From the human T2T-CHM13v2.0 reference genome, Homo sapiens: a DNA stretch of 64,000 bases. Position numbers and translations under genes: made by a program. The DNA is taken from NCBI RefSeq assembly GCF_009914755.1, contig NC_060930.1; one strand, written 5' to 3'. The number at the start of each line of letters is the position of its first letter. The stretch's first letter is position 1. Below, in pieces: positions 1-15,307 of this stretch. Below the pieces are notes generated by a model. It was not told the DNA's origin and made no database searches. It saw nothing but the letters and a program-made list of their open reading frames with translations.

Positions 1-1491
1 ACCTCTGCTTTGGTTTTGCTTGTGCTCGCTGGTCTTGTTCCACACACTGGGCCCAGCAAGCTGTGCTTGGCTTGTGCTACTGGCCTGGATCCTATGCCAG
101 TCAAAGGTGAGCCAGGTGCAGAGTGGTGAGGGGTGTGTGAGCAAGCAAGCATGGGGTGCGGCCAATGCACACGGCCAGGGATGCCAGCTTTGGTGGGGCA
201 GGCAGCTCCAGGGACGCCAACACAGGCACAAGCTTCATGCGAGGCTGCACTGGAACAGACATACTACAAGCAGCTTCCGCTGCAGGCACCAGCATCTGAA
301 CAAGGGAAACATAAAGATGCCCAAAAGCTCAAAGACTCCAGGAACTGCAGAGCCCCAAAGACTCTGTTACAGCATGTCACAGCCCTGCCACGGGGAGCCC
401 CAATGTCTGGGTGCCCAGTAGAGCTGTAGCTCTTCTCTCCTTCTTGTTGCCCACAATGTGGTGAGCAGGGGGCATGTTTCAGCCCTGTTTGTGTTACAGC
501 TCTTTCAGTCTTGCCATTTGGCAGGTCCCGAGTTTTTGTCATGTGTCCAGGAAGGATGAGGTATGTGGACAACTGGAGGGTAAGCAAGGCAGAGAGGAGC
601 TTCACTGAGTGTCAGGACAGCTCTCAAGAGACCCATAGCAGGTCATCCTGACAAGTATCCAGCTCTCAGCAGAGAGGAGACCTGTGGTGGGTAGCTCCTT
701 CCTACAGCTGGTAGTCCCGACTTTTGTCCAAGTTTGGCTGAGTCCACAGTTATGGGCTCAAAGGGAGGAAGCGCATGCTGATTGGTCCATGGGCAGGCCG
801 GGGCGGGGGAAAAAGCACCATAAGTTCTAGCTCCAGGCCACGGACTCCACCCAGAACTGGTAGCCCAGCCTGTCCCTAGGCTTCAAGACGTCCCTGGATT
901 AAAGGTGAGGTGAAACCTCACCTTTCTGCTCAGGAACCTGTCTGCCTCCTGCTGCAATCAACATGCCATCCAGGCACCCAGGCTGTTTGTTCCAAGGGGC
1001 GCCTGCATTCCCATGCCAAGCCACCCTCATCCCCCCCTTCAGTCTCCCTCCCATATTTGTTGGCACCCAAAGTCTGGAGGAGGCCGAGGTGGCAGGGGGC
1101 TGCCATGTCGGGGCTTCCCTGAGCACGTGCATACCTAGCCAGGGCCCCACGCTCCTGGGCTCAGCTGCAACTTTGCTTTGAAATCAGAGTGGGCTCTGGG
1201 GGCAGGAAGAGGCCAGGGAGCAGTAGCAAGCACTTTTAAGCCTGCAGCAAGGGCAAGGGGCTTCCTGGGCCTCTGAGAGTGCGGGGATGCTGAGGTCTGG
1301 AGCTGAAGCTGGGTAGCTGTGGCTGTGCCCAGGAGCATGGGGCTCCTGCCCTGCCAACTTGGTAGGGGGCAGGACTCTTGCCTGTTCCCAGCTCCTTATG
1401 ACTCTGCAGAAAATGCAACCCTGTCTGTGCTTCCCCCGCTGCAGCTCGCATATTCTCAGTGGCTCCTCCAGATTGGCCACTGCTGCCATCA
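1..1491 (-). mobile_element. MER52-family ERV1 LTR (3' end just beyond window edge)
   Basis: Minus strand starts TGATGGCAGCAGTGGCCAATCTGGAGG (MER52-type 5' terminus) at 1491; GC-rich; positions 1-100 resemble the 3' region of the related LTR at ~34800-34920. Confidence 0.85.
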
Positions 1492-1868
1492 GTATTTGTG
1501 TATCGAAACATATCTAAACATAAAACAAGTAGAGTAAAATATGGTATCATTGATTTTAAGAAACGGTACACCTGTATGGAGCAGTTACCATGAATGAAAT
1601 TTGCAAGGCTGAAGATTGCTCTTGGTGGCTGAGTGAGTGGTGAATGAATGCAAAGGCCTAAGACACTACTGTATACTTTTGTAGACTTTGTAAGCATTAT
1701 CAAGCTACACTTAAATGTATACAAAAATTAAATAATTGCTCTATGATGTTACAATGGCTATGATGTCACTAGGCCAAATAAGTTTTTTGGCTCCATTATA
1801 TCATATGGGACTATTGTCATATATGTAGTCCATCATGAACTGAAACATAATTCTGTGGCACATGATTG
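1492..1868 (+). mobile_element. Tigger3 (Golem) DNA transposon fragment, interrupted by MER52
   Basis: Ends GCTCCATTATA..TGGGACTATTGTCATATATG..GCACATGATTG followed by TA, matching the Tigger3 terminus and TA target. Confidence 0.75.
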
Positions 1869-2064
1869 TAATTTTAATATACTATTATTTATATAATATA
1901 AAATTATACATAGTAATAATAATCACACTATTCTTAACAAATATTCTATTTATAGCTAATATTAAGATTTAATTGCAGTGCAAATTACTACATTGATCCA
2001 CTGTCTATCTTGTATTGAGATATGTGATTAAATAGTTAATAAACCATTTATAAAGTGTCAGTAA

Positions 2065-2393
<329 letters not shown>

Positions 2394-3489
2394 TTAAAAA
2401 ATGTTTAATATTTTTGGATTCAATTAATCAAATACTTCTGGAAAGACAACTGTAGCTATGTTTGAAAAAGAAAACATTTATACAGACGTTTTTACAGCCC
2501 TTACTTTCAAGCATTTATACTTTTCTTGAAATATTACCCTTTAAGCCGAAATTTTTCATTCTTCCTCTCAGCTTTGAGGTGCAATATTTGGAAAGGTTAG
2601 TAAAATTTCATTAAGTCATTCTGAGTTATCTAAGGCTGAACATTTAGAAATTGTTCAGACATTTTTAATACACTTGAAAAGTTGAAAATAGTTTTGTTTT
2701 TAAAGTTCACACTTGCCACATATTTAGTCTTCACTGAAGAATGGATGCCAGAACTTCTTAGAGCAAGTAGAGGTACTTTAAAAACAAGATTGATATCTCT
2801 GTACCTTTCATCCGATCCCTAAGTTATAGCAGACTGACTGTAGCCCACGTGAGGCTGAAGAAGAAGATATATTTTATTTCTGGCCTATTAATATCTTTAT
2901 TCCTTTTTGTCTCTTCTCATAAATTTTCTCATATATTCGCTTACTCTCTCTGGGCCATCCTGTTGACAGCAATCTGAAAATGGAAACAGACTTGTAAAAT
3001 AAAAAAATATTTTGTAAAAGCAAGCAAATTTTTCTCTTGATATGTTTTAAATTGCTATGGTCTTGTTTTACTTCCTACTTACTCATGATATGATCTTACA
3101 TGTGCTCTGAGCCTTACATGCTATAATTTTACATATGCTTCAATTAACAAAAGTAATTTGAATGATAGAAATAACTTAAGTAATAAGGCAAAGAGGGCAT
3201 ATGGAAAGAGAAAAGGGAAGGAAGTGGAGAAAGAAACAATCAAAAGGTGGATCTTTAATTACTTAATTTCAGACATGAGGTAAAACAATGTTTTATATTT
3301 CAAAATAAAAAGTGCCATAGAAATATAAACCAAAACTTCAGTCTAAAATGTAGCTTAAAGATGTAAAAAAAATTAAAATTATAAAACTCAGGACATTAAT
3401 ATATTTTTAATTGAATGAGAAATATTCAAACAAAATACAGTCATACGTTTTCTAAATCTTTGGAACCAGAACAAAACTTGAATAAAAAA

Positions 3490-6635
<3,146 letters not shown>

Positions 6636-6779
6636 GAGTAGGGAAACAGTTCCTAGACTAACACCAAAATCTCCATTCATAAAAGAAAGATTGATAAGTT
6701 TAATTTTATCATATCAGAGTATATCACAGGGAAAAAATTTTAATTATAATAAAATTTATTTTTAAATTATAATAAAATT

Positions 6780-7250
6780 AGAGAGAGAGCTGCTTCTCCA
6801 AACAGAAAGGACAAGCTGAGAGTGGATGCACTGGATTTTATAGTCTGGTTTGAAGAGGCAGTGTCTGATTTACGTAGGGCTCACAGGTTGGTTACATCAG
6901 GTATGACGTTTACACAGCACGCAGGAAAGGCTGGTCACTCCACCCTAATCTTATTATGCAAATTAGCTTTCCAGTTGATCTGTGCCATCTTGTCTGCTTG
7001 TTACCGAACACATGACTGGCAGAGAACGGAAGATGGAGCCACCATCTTCAACATGTTTAATCTCTACTTCCTGCCAGTATTCACCTATGCAAGCTCCCAG
7101 CTTGCTTGTCTATGTCTGTAGCTTGACTTTACAGGCCGCTCTTTGTTAGAAAATGATTTTGGCTTGCTGTTTATTAAAAAGAAAAGCCTTACTGAGGACT
7201 CCTATACCCTTACTATCTGCCTAAGTGATTTCTTCTTAACTCCTGTGTCA
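6780..7250 (-). mobile_element. LTR9-family ERV1 LTR, 3'-truncated
   Basis: Minus strand starts TGACACAGGAGTTAAGAAGAAATCACTTAGGCAGATAGTAAGGG; stops in CT-rich tract before the polyA signal. Confidence 0.8.
6950..6963 (+). promoter_or_regulatory. Octamer (ATGCAAAT) with SOX-OCT composite-like flank inside LTR9
   Basis: CTTATTATGCAAAT; perfect octamer at 6956-6963; function untested. Confidence 0.4.
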
Positions 7251-10200
7251 GTAGTTCTCCTTGTAGAGATCTTTTACTTCCCTCGTTAGTCATATTCTTA
7301 GATATTTTATTTTGTGTGTGCGGCAATTATAAATGGGAATTAATTCATGATTTGGCTCTTGGCTTGACTGTTGTTGATGTACAGAAATGCTAGCAACGTT
7401 TGCACATTTATTTTGTATACTGAGACTTTGATGATGTTGCTTATCAGTTTAAGAAGCTTTTGCCCTGAGACAATGGAGTTTTCTAGGTATAAGATGATGT
7501 CATCTGCAAACAAACAGATTGACTTCCTCTCTTCCCATTTGAATGCCCTTCATTTCTTTCTCTTGCCTGATTGCTTTGGCCAGAACTTCCAATACTATGT
7601 TAAATATAAATGATGACAGAGGGGATCCTTGATTTGTGCTGTTTTTCAAGGGGGATGCTTCTAGCTTTTGCTCATTCAGCAAAAATGGCTGTGGATTTGT
7701 TGGCTGTGGGTTTGTCATAGATGGATTTTATTATTTTGAGTTATGTTCTTTCAATATCTAGTGTATTGAGAGATTTAAAGAAAGGCAGTTGAATTTTTTC
7801 AAAAGCCTTTTCTGTATCTATTGAGATAACCATGTGTTTTTCATCTTTAGATTTTTTGTGTGTGTGATGAATTACATTTATTTATTTGTGTATGTTGAAT
7901 CAACTTTGCATCCCAAGAATGAAGCCTACTTGATCATGGTGGATAAGCTTTTTGATGTGTTGCTGGATTCAGTTTGCCATTATTTTATTGAGGATTTTTG
8001 CATCAATGTTCATCAAGGATATTGGCCTGGTTTCCTATTTTTTTTTTTTTGGATCTCAGCCAGGTTTTGGTATCAGGATGATGTGGGCCACATAGACTGA
8101 GTTAAGGAGGAGTCCTTCCTATTTAGTTTTTTTGAAATAGTTTCAGTAGGAGTGGTACTAACTTTTCATTGTGCATGTAGTAGAATTCAGCTGTAAATCG
8201 ATCTGGGCCTGGGCTTTTATTGGTTGGTAGGCTATTTACTACTGCCTCAATTTCAGAACTCATTAGTGGTCTGTTCAGGAATTCAGTTTCTTCCTGGTTC
8301 AGCCTTGGGAGCTTGTATGTGTCCAGGAATCTATCCATATGTTCTAGATTTTCTAGTTTATGTGCAGAGGTGTTTATAATATTATCTGATGGTTGTTTGT
8401 GTTTCTGTGGTGTCAGTGGTAATATTCCCCTTATCATTTCTGATTGTGTTTATTTGAATCTTCTCTTTTCTTCTTTATTAGTGTAGTTAGTGGTCTATCT
8501 ATTTTATTAATTTTTTCAAAAACCACCCCCTGGTTTCATTGATCTTTTTAATGGTTTTGTGTGTTCCTGTCTCTTTCAGTTTATATCTGATTTTGGTTAT
8601 TTTTTATCTTCTGCTAGCTTTGGGATTTGTTTCCTCTTGGTTCTCTAGTTCTTTTAGTTGTTACATTAGGTTGTTAACTTGAGATCTTCCCAGCTTTTTA
8701 ATGTGAGTTTTAGTACTATACATTTCACTCTTAACACTGCCTTAGCTATGTTCCAGACATTCTGGTATACTGTATCTTTGTTCTCATTAGATTCAAATAA
8801 CTTCTCGAATTCTGCCTTAATTTCATTACTTACCCAAAACTCATAGAGGACAGGTTATTCAATTTCCATGTGATTGTATGGTTTTGAGTGAATTTCTTAG
8901 TGTTAATTTCTAATTTGATTGTGCTGTGGCCTGAGAAACTATATGTTAAAATTTTAGTTATTTTTCATTTGCATCAGGTCCACTTGATCCAGAGATGAGT
9001 TCAAGTACTGAATATCTTTGCTAATTTTCTGCCTTGATGATCTGTCTAATATTGTCAGTGGGTTGTTAAAATCTCCCACTATGATTGTGTAGGAGTCTAA
9101 GTCTCTTTGAAGGTCTCTAACAACTTGTTTTATGAATGTGGCGGCTCCTGTGTTAGGTGCATATATATTTAGGATAGTTAGCTCTTGTTGTTTAATTGTA
9201 CCCCTTACTGTTATGTAATGGCCTTCTTTGTCTTTTTAAATCTTTGTTGTGTTAAAGTCTGTTTTTGCCAGAAACTAAGTTGGCGACCCCTGCTTTTTTG
9301 TTTTTCATTTACTTGGTAAATTTTTCTTTATCCCCTTATTTTGAGCCTATGTGTGTCATTGCATGTGAGATAGGTGTCTTGAAGATAGATAGCGTAGCAT
9401 TGGGTCTTTTATCTAGCTTGCCATTCTGTGTCTTTTAATTAGGGCAATTAGTCCATTTACATTCACGATTAGTATTGTTACGTGTGGATTTTATCCTGTC
9501 ATCATGATGCTAGCTGGTTATTTTGCAGACTTGTTTATGTGGTTGTTTCATAGCATCACTGGTCCATGTACTTCAGTGTGTTTTTATATTGGTTGGTAAC
9601 GGTTATTTCTTTCCATATTTAGTGCTTATTTCAGAAGCTCTTGTAAGGCAGGGTGATGGTTATAAACTCCCTCAACATTTCCTTGTCTGGAAAGGATCTT
9701 ATTTCTTCTTTTATGAAGCTTATTTTGGCTGGATAACGAAAATTCTGCGTTGGAAATTATTTTCTTTAAGAATGTTAAATATTGTCCTCCAATCTCTTCT
9801 GGCTTGCAGGGTTTCTGCTGAGAGTTGTGTTGTTGTTAGTCTGATGGGCTTCCCTTTGTAGGTGACTTGGCCTTTCTCTCTGGCTGCCCTTAACTTTATT
9901 ATTTTTTTTTTTTTTGAATTTCAACCTTGGAGAATCTGACGATAATATGTCTTAGAGATGATCTTCTTGTGGAGTATCTTACTGGAGTTCTCTGCATTTC
10001 CTGAATGTGAATGTTGGTATGTCTAGCTAGGTTGGGGAAGTTCTCGTAGATGATATTCTGAAATATGTTTTCCAGATTGGTTCCATTCTTTCCATCTCTT
10101 TCAGGTACAACTATCAGTCATATATTCTGTCTCTTTACATAATCACATATTTCTAAGAGTTTTTATTCATTCTTTTTAATTATTTTTTCTCTTTTCTTTT

Positions 10201-11958
10201 CTGGCTGTCTTATTTCAGAAGGAGAGTCTTCAAGCTCAGGATTCTTTTCTCCACTTGATCTATTCTGCTATTAATACTTCTGATTGCATTATACTTCCTG
10301 TATTGTGTTTTTCAGCTCTATCAGGTTGGTTATGCTCTTTTCTGTACTGGCTATTTGTCTGTCAACTCCTGCAATGTTTTATCATGAATTTTAGCTTCCT
10401 TGCATTGAGTTAGAACATGCTCCTTTAGCTCAGTGAAGATCAATTTTAGCCACATTCTGAAGTCCACTCCTGTCATTTTAACTATGTCAGCCTCCACCCA
10501 GTTCTGAACACTTGCTGGAGAGGTAATGTGGTCATTTGGAGGAAAGAGGGCACTCTGGCTTTTTGAGTTTTTAGCATTCTTGCACTCATTCTTTTTCATT
10601 TTGGTGGGTTTATCTACCTTCAGTCTTTGAAGTTGCTAACCTTTGGATTTTTTTTTTCTTTTAAGAGTCTGGCCACTTGTCTGTAGGCCTGCTGTGGTTT
10701 GCTTGGAGTTACTTCAGTCCCTAGTCACCTCAGGTTTTCTAGTACCTGGATGCATCACTAGTGAAGGCTGCAAAAGAACATAGATGGGAGCCTGCCCCTT
10801 CCTCTGGAGCTCTGTCCCAGGGTGGTAGGAACTTGTTTTCCCAAACACACCTGTAGGAGGTGGCTGGAGACTCCAGCTGGGAGGTCTGACTCAATCAGTA
10901 GAAACAGGACTGGAAACCTGTTTAAAGAAGCAGTCTAGTCACACATTCATAGAGCAGCTGTGCTGTGCTTGGGTACTGCTTCCCTTGTTGGTACTCCAGG
11001 ACAGCACAGGTCAGTTTGGGATCTCCAAAGCTTGTAGGTTAGAATGGCTAAGTTGCCAAAACAGTAAAGGTGTTGGCCCAACACTCCTTCTATAGACTCT
11101 GTCCCAGGAAACTTTCAAACCTCTGTTGGCCAGAGAATATCCACAGGAGTGGCTGGAGGCCCTAGTTGGAAAGTGCCCTGTGAAGAGAAACAGATTGGGG
11201 ACCCACTTAAGGAAGTAGATGGGCCATGCATTTTAGAGCATGTGCCACTGTTACCGCCCTGGGTCAGCTTAGGCTGGAATGGCTGTGTCACTCAAATAGC
11301 AATGATGGTAGTCTGCCCCTCCCCCTGAGTGCTCTGTCTAGTCCTAGGTAGGTGCAACCCTGTTGCTGGGAGCTAGCTGGAATTCCAAGACAGTGGGTTT
11401 TATACTGTTAGGAACTGTGAAAGTGGGGCTTGCATATTGATGCTGCTTGGACCCTTGAATTCAACTCCTTTCCAACAGGTACGTACAGAGGTCCAATCCC
11501 TTGCCCTGCCTGAGTTGCAATTACCTTTTTCAGGGATCCTAGAGCCAGAGTGTGTAAAGCTCCTGGATCTTTGTGAATGCCTGAGCAGCTGCTCTGCTGA
11601 GAGTACATACAGCTCTATGTGTCAGACCAAAGACCCTGGTAAAGTGGGTTCATGAGGGAATCTCCTGACTTGAGAGTTGCAAACATCCACGGGAGAAGTG
11701 TGGTTTCCTGGGGGTGCCCATTCACTCACCACTTCTTTGGGCAGATGGAGGTTTTCTTGGTTCCATGTCACTCCCAGGTGGGCCATCACCCTGCTCTGCT
11801 TTTCTCTGTTCTCTGTGGGTCGAGGTGTTTTCCTCATCAGTTGAATGCAAATACCTGGATATTTCAGTTGAAGGTGCTATATTTACTTGTCCTTTTCATT
11901 TCTTTCATGAGAGCCATGCACTATAGCTGCCTCTAGCCTGCCATCTTGGCCCCGCTTC
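7251..11958 (-). mobile_element. L1PA10-13-like (L1P3) LINE-1: 5'UTR, ORF1, ORF2 to RT domain; 3' end lost
   Basis: 5' end GGGGCCAAGATGGC at ~11940-11953; ORF1 N-term MKKNECKNAKNSKSQSALFPPND (10351-10599); ORF2 peptides [24 protein letters not shown] and [17 protein letters not shown]; internal 5'UTR repeats ~10830-11340; ~100 bp deletion near 8972. Confidence 0.9.
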
Positions 11959-12045
11959 CTGTATTCTTTTTGTGTCTCTTCATGGGCATATCATAGCTGG
12001 CATCATATGACAGAGGCTAGTGGGGGAGTTAGAGTTTATATTTCC

Positions 12046-12252
12046 ATTGATAGGGGTCATAATGATCAAAAAGCTCATATTGTTTTAAGTATCCAAGGAA
12101 GTTAAGTATCTGGATTCAGAGATGAGGAAATCAAATTATTTGAAATTTGCTATTGCTAGGGGTCATAATGATCAAAAAGCTCATATTGTTCTAAATATCC
12201 AAGGAAGTTAAGTATCTGGATTCAGAGATGAGGAAATCAAATTATTTGAAAT
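12046..12252 (+). repeat. Tandem duplication, 106 bp period, two copies
   Basis: TAGGGGTCATAATGATC...ATTATTTGAAAT at 12051-12146 and 12157-12252, 2 mismatches. Confidence 0.95.
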
Positions 12253-13149
12253 CTTGTCACACAGGAGAAATAGACTGACATAAATCTGAATTCTGTACTC
12301 TTACGCATAGCTTATCTGCTTTGCCTAGAGCATATGGTGTATACATTCTAAATGTGTATACATTCCAAAATGTGTATAATCCTTAATCTTTAGAATAGTT
12401 AATTAGCTTCATATCCCAGATAAAGCCACAAAAAGTTTCTACTAAGCTTTTCTTCCATTTGTATTCATGACATTCTATGAAAAAAAAATTCTAGTAGAGT
12501 CACCATGAGAGATTTGAAAGAAACTCTCTTGTTCTTTACTTTTATAACTTAAAATATACTACAAAAATATTACCCAGTGATTGTAACCACATAACTCAGT
12601 CTGTAATGAGATGTATTAATTTAATTATAACACTTTATAAAACATTTAGAAACATAAGCACTGATTTAATTGCAAGGCAGTTCCTGTAGTGTGAATTTGA
12701 AGTTTGAGTGTTTTCAAACTCTTCCAGTCACATAATTTATTTATGGAGCAGGCATGAATTGAGTTTATATTATGTTAGCCACAAGAAATGCCTGATATTT
12801 TTTTTCATTTCTGACATGTAGAAATGGCAATTTTCTATTGTTAAAACTAATAGAATGTGCTAGGTATTTTGCTAAATAATGAAGACAACAAGCCAGAAAG
12901 TTATGACCCTTTACTCCTGGAACTCAAAATTTAGAGGGGAGATAGACATGTAAATAAATCTTAACAACTACTTTCCAACTGCTTCATTGCTCTTAAGGTT
13001 AGGAGGAGCAAGCAGGATCTGAAGATAATAAAGTTTTATTCTTTATTCTTATACCAGATTTCAAAATATAGCCTCCCATTATGTTTTCTCAATACTATAC
13101 AAAGAGAAACATCTCAATTAATGCTGCTTCATTCACAAGATCATGTAGA

Positions 13150-14115
13150 ATTGACAATGTTCAAAAAGATATGGGTCTCTCATCATTTTTTCTCATCTCA
13201 GTAAAATAACCACCTTTCTGCTTTGCTCATGTCAATATATAGGGCTATCCATGATTCTTCCTTTTTGGGTCATACCCAAGATCATACAATCCTATGAAAA
13301 ACACTATCAAAATATATTTTCGGTACTATCTCACCTCCTCCATTAGCACTACATTAGCACAAGCTGCCAAACTTTTTACTTAAGATTATTGCAATAATCT
13401 TCCAATGTGTCTCCATTATTCATATAAAAACCAAAGTAATAATATAACTTCTCTGTGTTGCAACAATCTAAGAGCTACCAATAAAACCTAGAATAAAAAC
13501 CAAAGGAGATGTCAGGGCCTATTTAAGGATACCACTCCCACTTATTCCCTACACTCTAGCTGTGCTGGCTATGTTGTTTTTTCTCCAATGCAACAGTGAC
13601 TTTCCATTTGAGGAACTTTACACATATCGTTTACTCTGCTTAGGTTATTCTCCCAGAAAGATTTGCACATTGTCTCTCATTTCACTAGGTCTCTGCTCAG
13701 TTGCCACATCTTCAGACCTGTCTTCCTAAACAGTACCTTCTGTTGCTCTATTATTGTGCTACAGATCACAGATGGAGGACACCTAGTTTAATTCGAAGTT
13801 CATATAACCAATAAATATTTTATATTAAATTTTTAGGATAATTTCCAAGTGTTAATTATAATAAGTTTATATGGCATGGGACTTTTTATACTAAAAATTT
13901 AGTCAGCATTTTTCTGAAATTCAAATTTAATTGTGAGTCTTGTGTCTTGATTGGCTAAAACTGGCATCTCAACAAGTTATACTCTATAGAATTTCACCTA
14001 CATGATATATTATAAATTAATTTGTTAGGCAATTGTTTTGTTGCATTCTGAGCAAATGCTCAGAATCTAGAGCAGAAACTATCATATAAGAAATGCTTAG
14101 CAAATATTTGTTGAG
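13150..14115 (+). mobile_element. L2 3' remnant interrupted by MER53
   Basis: Degenerate L2 motifs (GGTCTCTGCTCAG..CACATCTTCAG; terminal GCTTAGCAAATATTTGTTGA). Confidence 0.6.
13752..13971. mobile_element. MER53 palindromic hAT MITE
   Basis: GGACACCTAGTTTAATTCGAAGTTC ... CTGAAATTCAAATTTAA...CTGGCATC degenerate inverted arms. Confidence 0.65.
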
Positions 14116-14131
14116 GTAAGGAAGAAATCAT

Positions 14132-14173
14132 TGTGTGTGTGTGTGTGTGTGTGTATGTGCGTGTGTGTGTGTG
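14132..14173 (+). repeat. (TG)n microsatellite
   Basis: Direct observation. Confidence 0.95.
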
Positions 14174-14799
14174 GTTGATTACATGTGTATGTTTCACATT
14201 TGCAAAAATGTCTAGAAGAAAAAGCCAGAAAAAATATTTTCTTGCAGTGCAGACTAGGCAGTTTTTACAAGTGACTCATTGAGCTCTGTGGAAATTGAAA
14301 CATGAGAAAGAGTAATTGCAAAGGACATTAGAAATTAAGCAAGTTAGAGCAGGTTAGAAAACTTTACAAGGCTACATAAAATAATCAGCTTCAGTAGGTG
14401 AAGACTTTGAAGCAACATTACCTATGATCGAAGATGATTCAGAATGCAAACCTGGCTCCTTTAAGAAGTAACCTCTCTAGAACTTGACAAAGAAATTATA
14501 ATTTTTATTTTTTCCCAAAGCTTTCCTATTTTCTATGATAGCATAATTTTAACTATCTGGATTGTAGCAACCAATATATTTTCAATAGTGTAACCCCTGC
14601 TGGATAGATTCTGTGTGATGAGTACAAATGAAATTCTGGCAACTAATAAAAGGCCTCAAAGGTGCTGGCTACATTCAGGTAAAGTAACCAGTGGAGATGA
14701 GATTTACTGGGTCCTACATAATGGAAGAAGGTAAAGAATATAAGATGCATATTTAGATTAAACTTAATGATTTTCGTGATTCAAACCACAAGTCTGCAG

Positions 14800-15210
14800 T
14801 ATAATTATATATACAAAGTATTAAAATATATTTATTATAAAATATATTTATTATATGTATATTATACATAAATATATAATATTACTATATGTTATATATT
14901 GCACATAATAGCATATATAACATATTATAATTATAATATAATATATTATGTGTTATATAACAAAATATAATAATTATAATACATTATATGTTAATATAAT
15001 TATAATGTAACATTATAATTACATGCTATATATTTATATATAATATGTTTATATATAATATTATCATCATTGTGTGGATTATTTTAAAATAATATATATT
15101 AAATATGTAATAGTATATATATTATATATCATATATATTTTAACTGATAACATCATATATATAATCTATATAATATTATCATCATTGTGCAGATTATTTT
15201 TAAATAATAA
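14800..15210. repeat. AT-rich low-complexity tract
   Basis: Degenerate TA/ATA repeats. Confidence 0.85.
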
Positions 15211-15307
15211 ATAACCATGAAATAAGTGTCCTCTATTGTATCTGTCATCCCTTGTGCAATAATAGAGCCACAGAAGATGCTATTAGAAAACAGGGTATGG
15301 GGAAAAA

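Noticed and set aside
20-1724. Cluster of 60-160 aa ORFs on both strands
   Set aside because: They lie in the GC-rich MER52 LTR/Tigger3, overlap in many frames and show no recognisable domain
12046-12252. Direct repeat as CRISPR-like array
   Set aside because: Only two ~100 bp copies, no spacer series, primate genomic context
13752-13971. MER53 hairpin as miRNA precursor (miR-1302 type)
   Set aside because: Arms too diverged for a clean stem; no expression evidence
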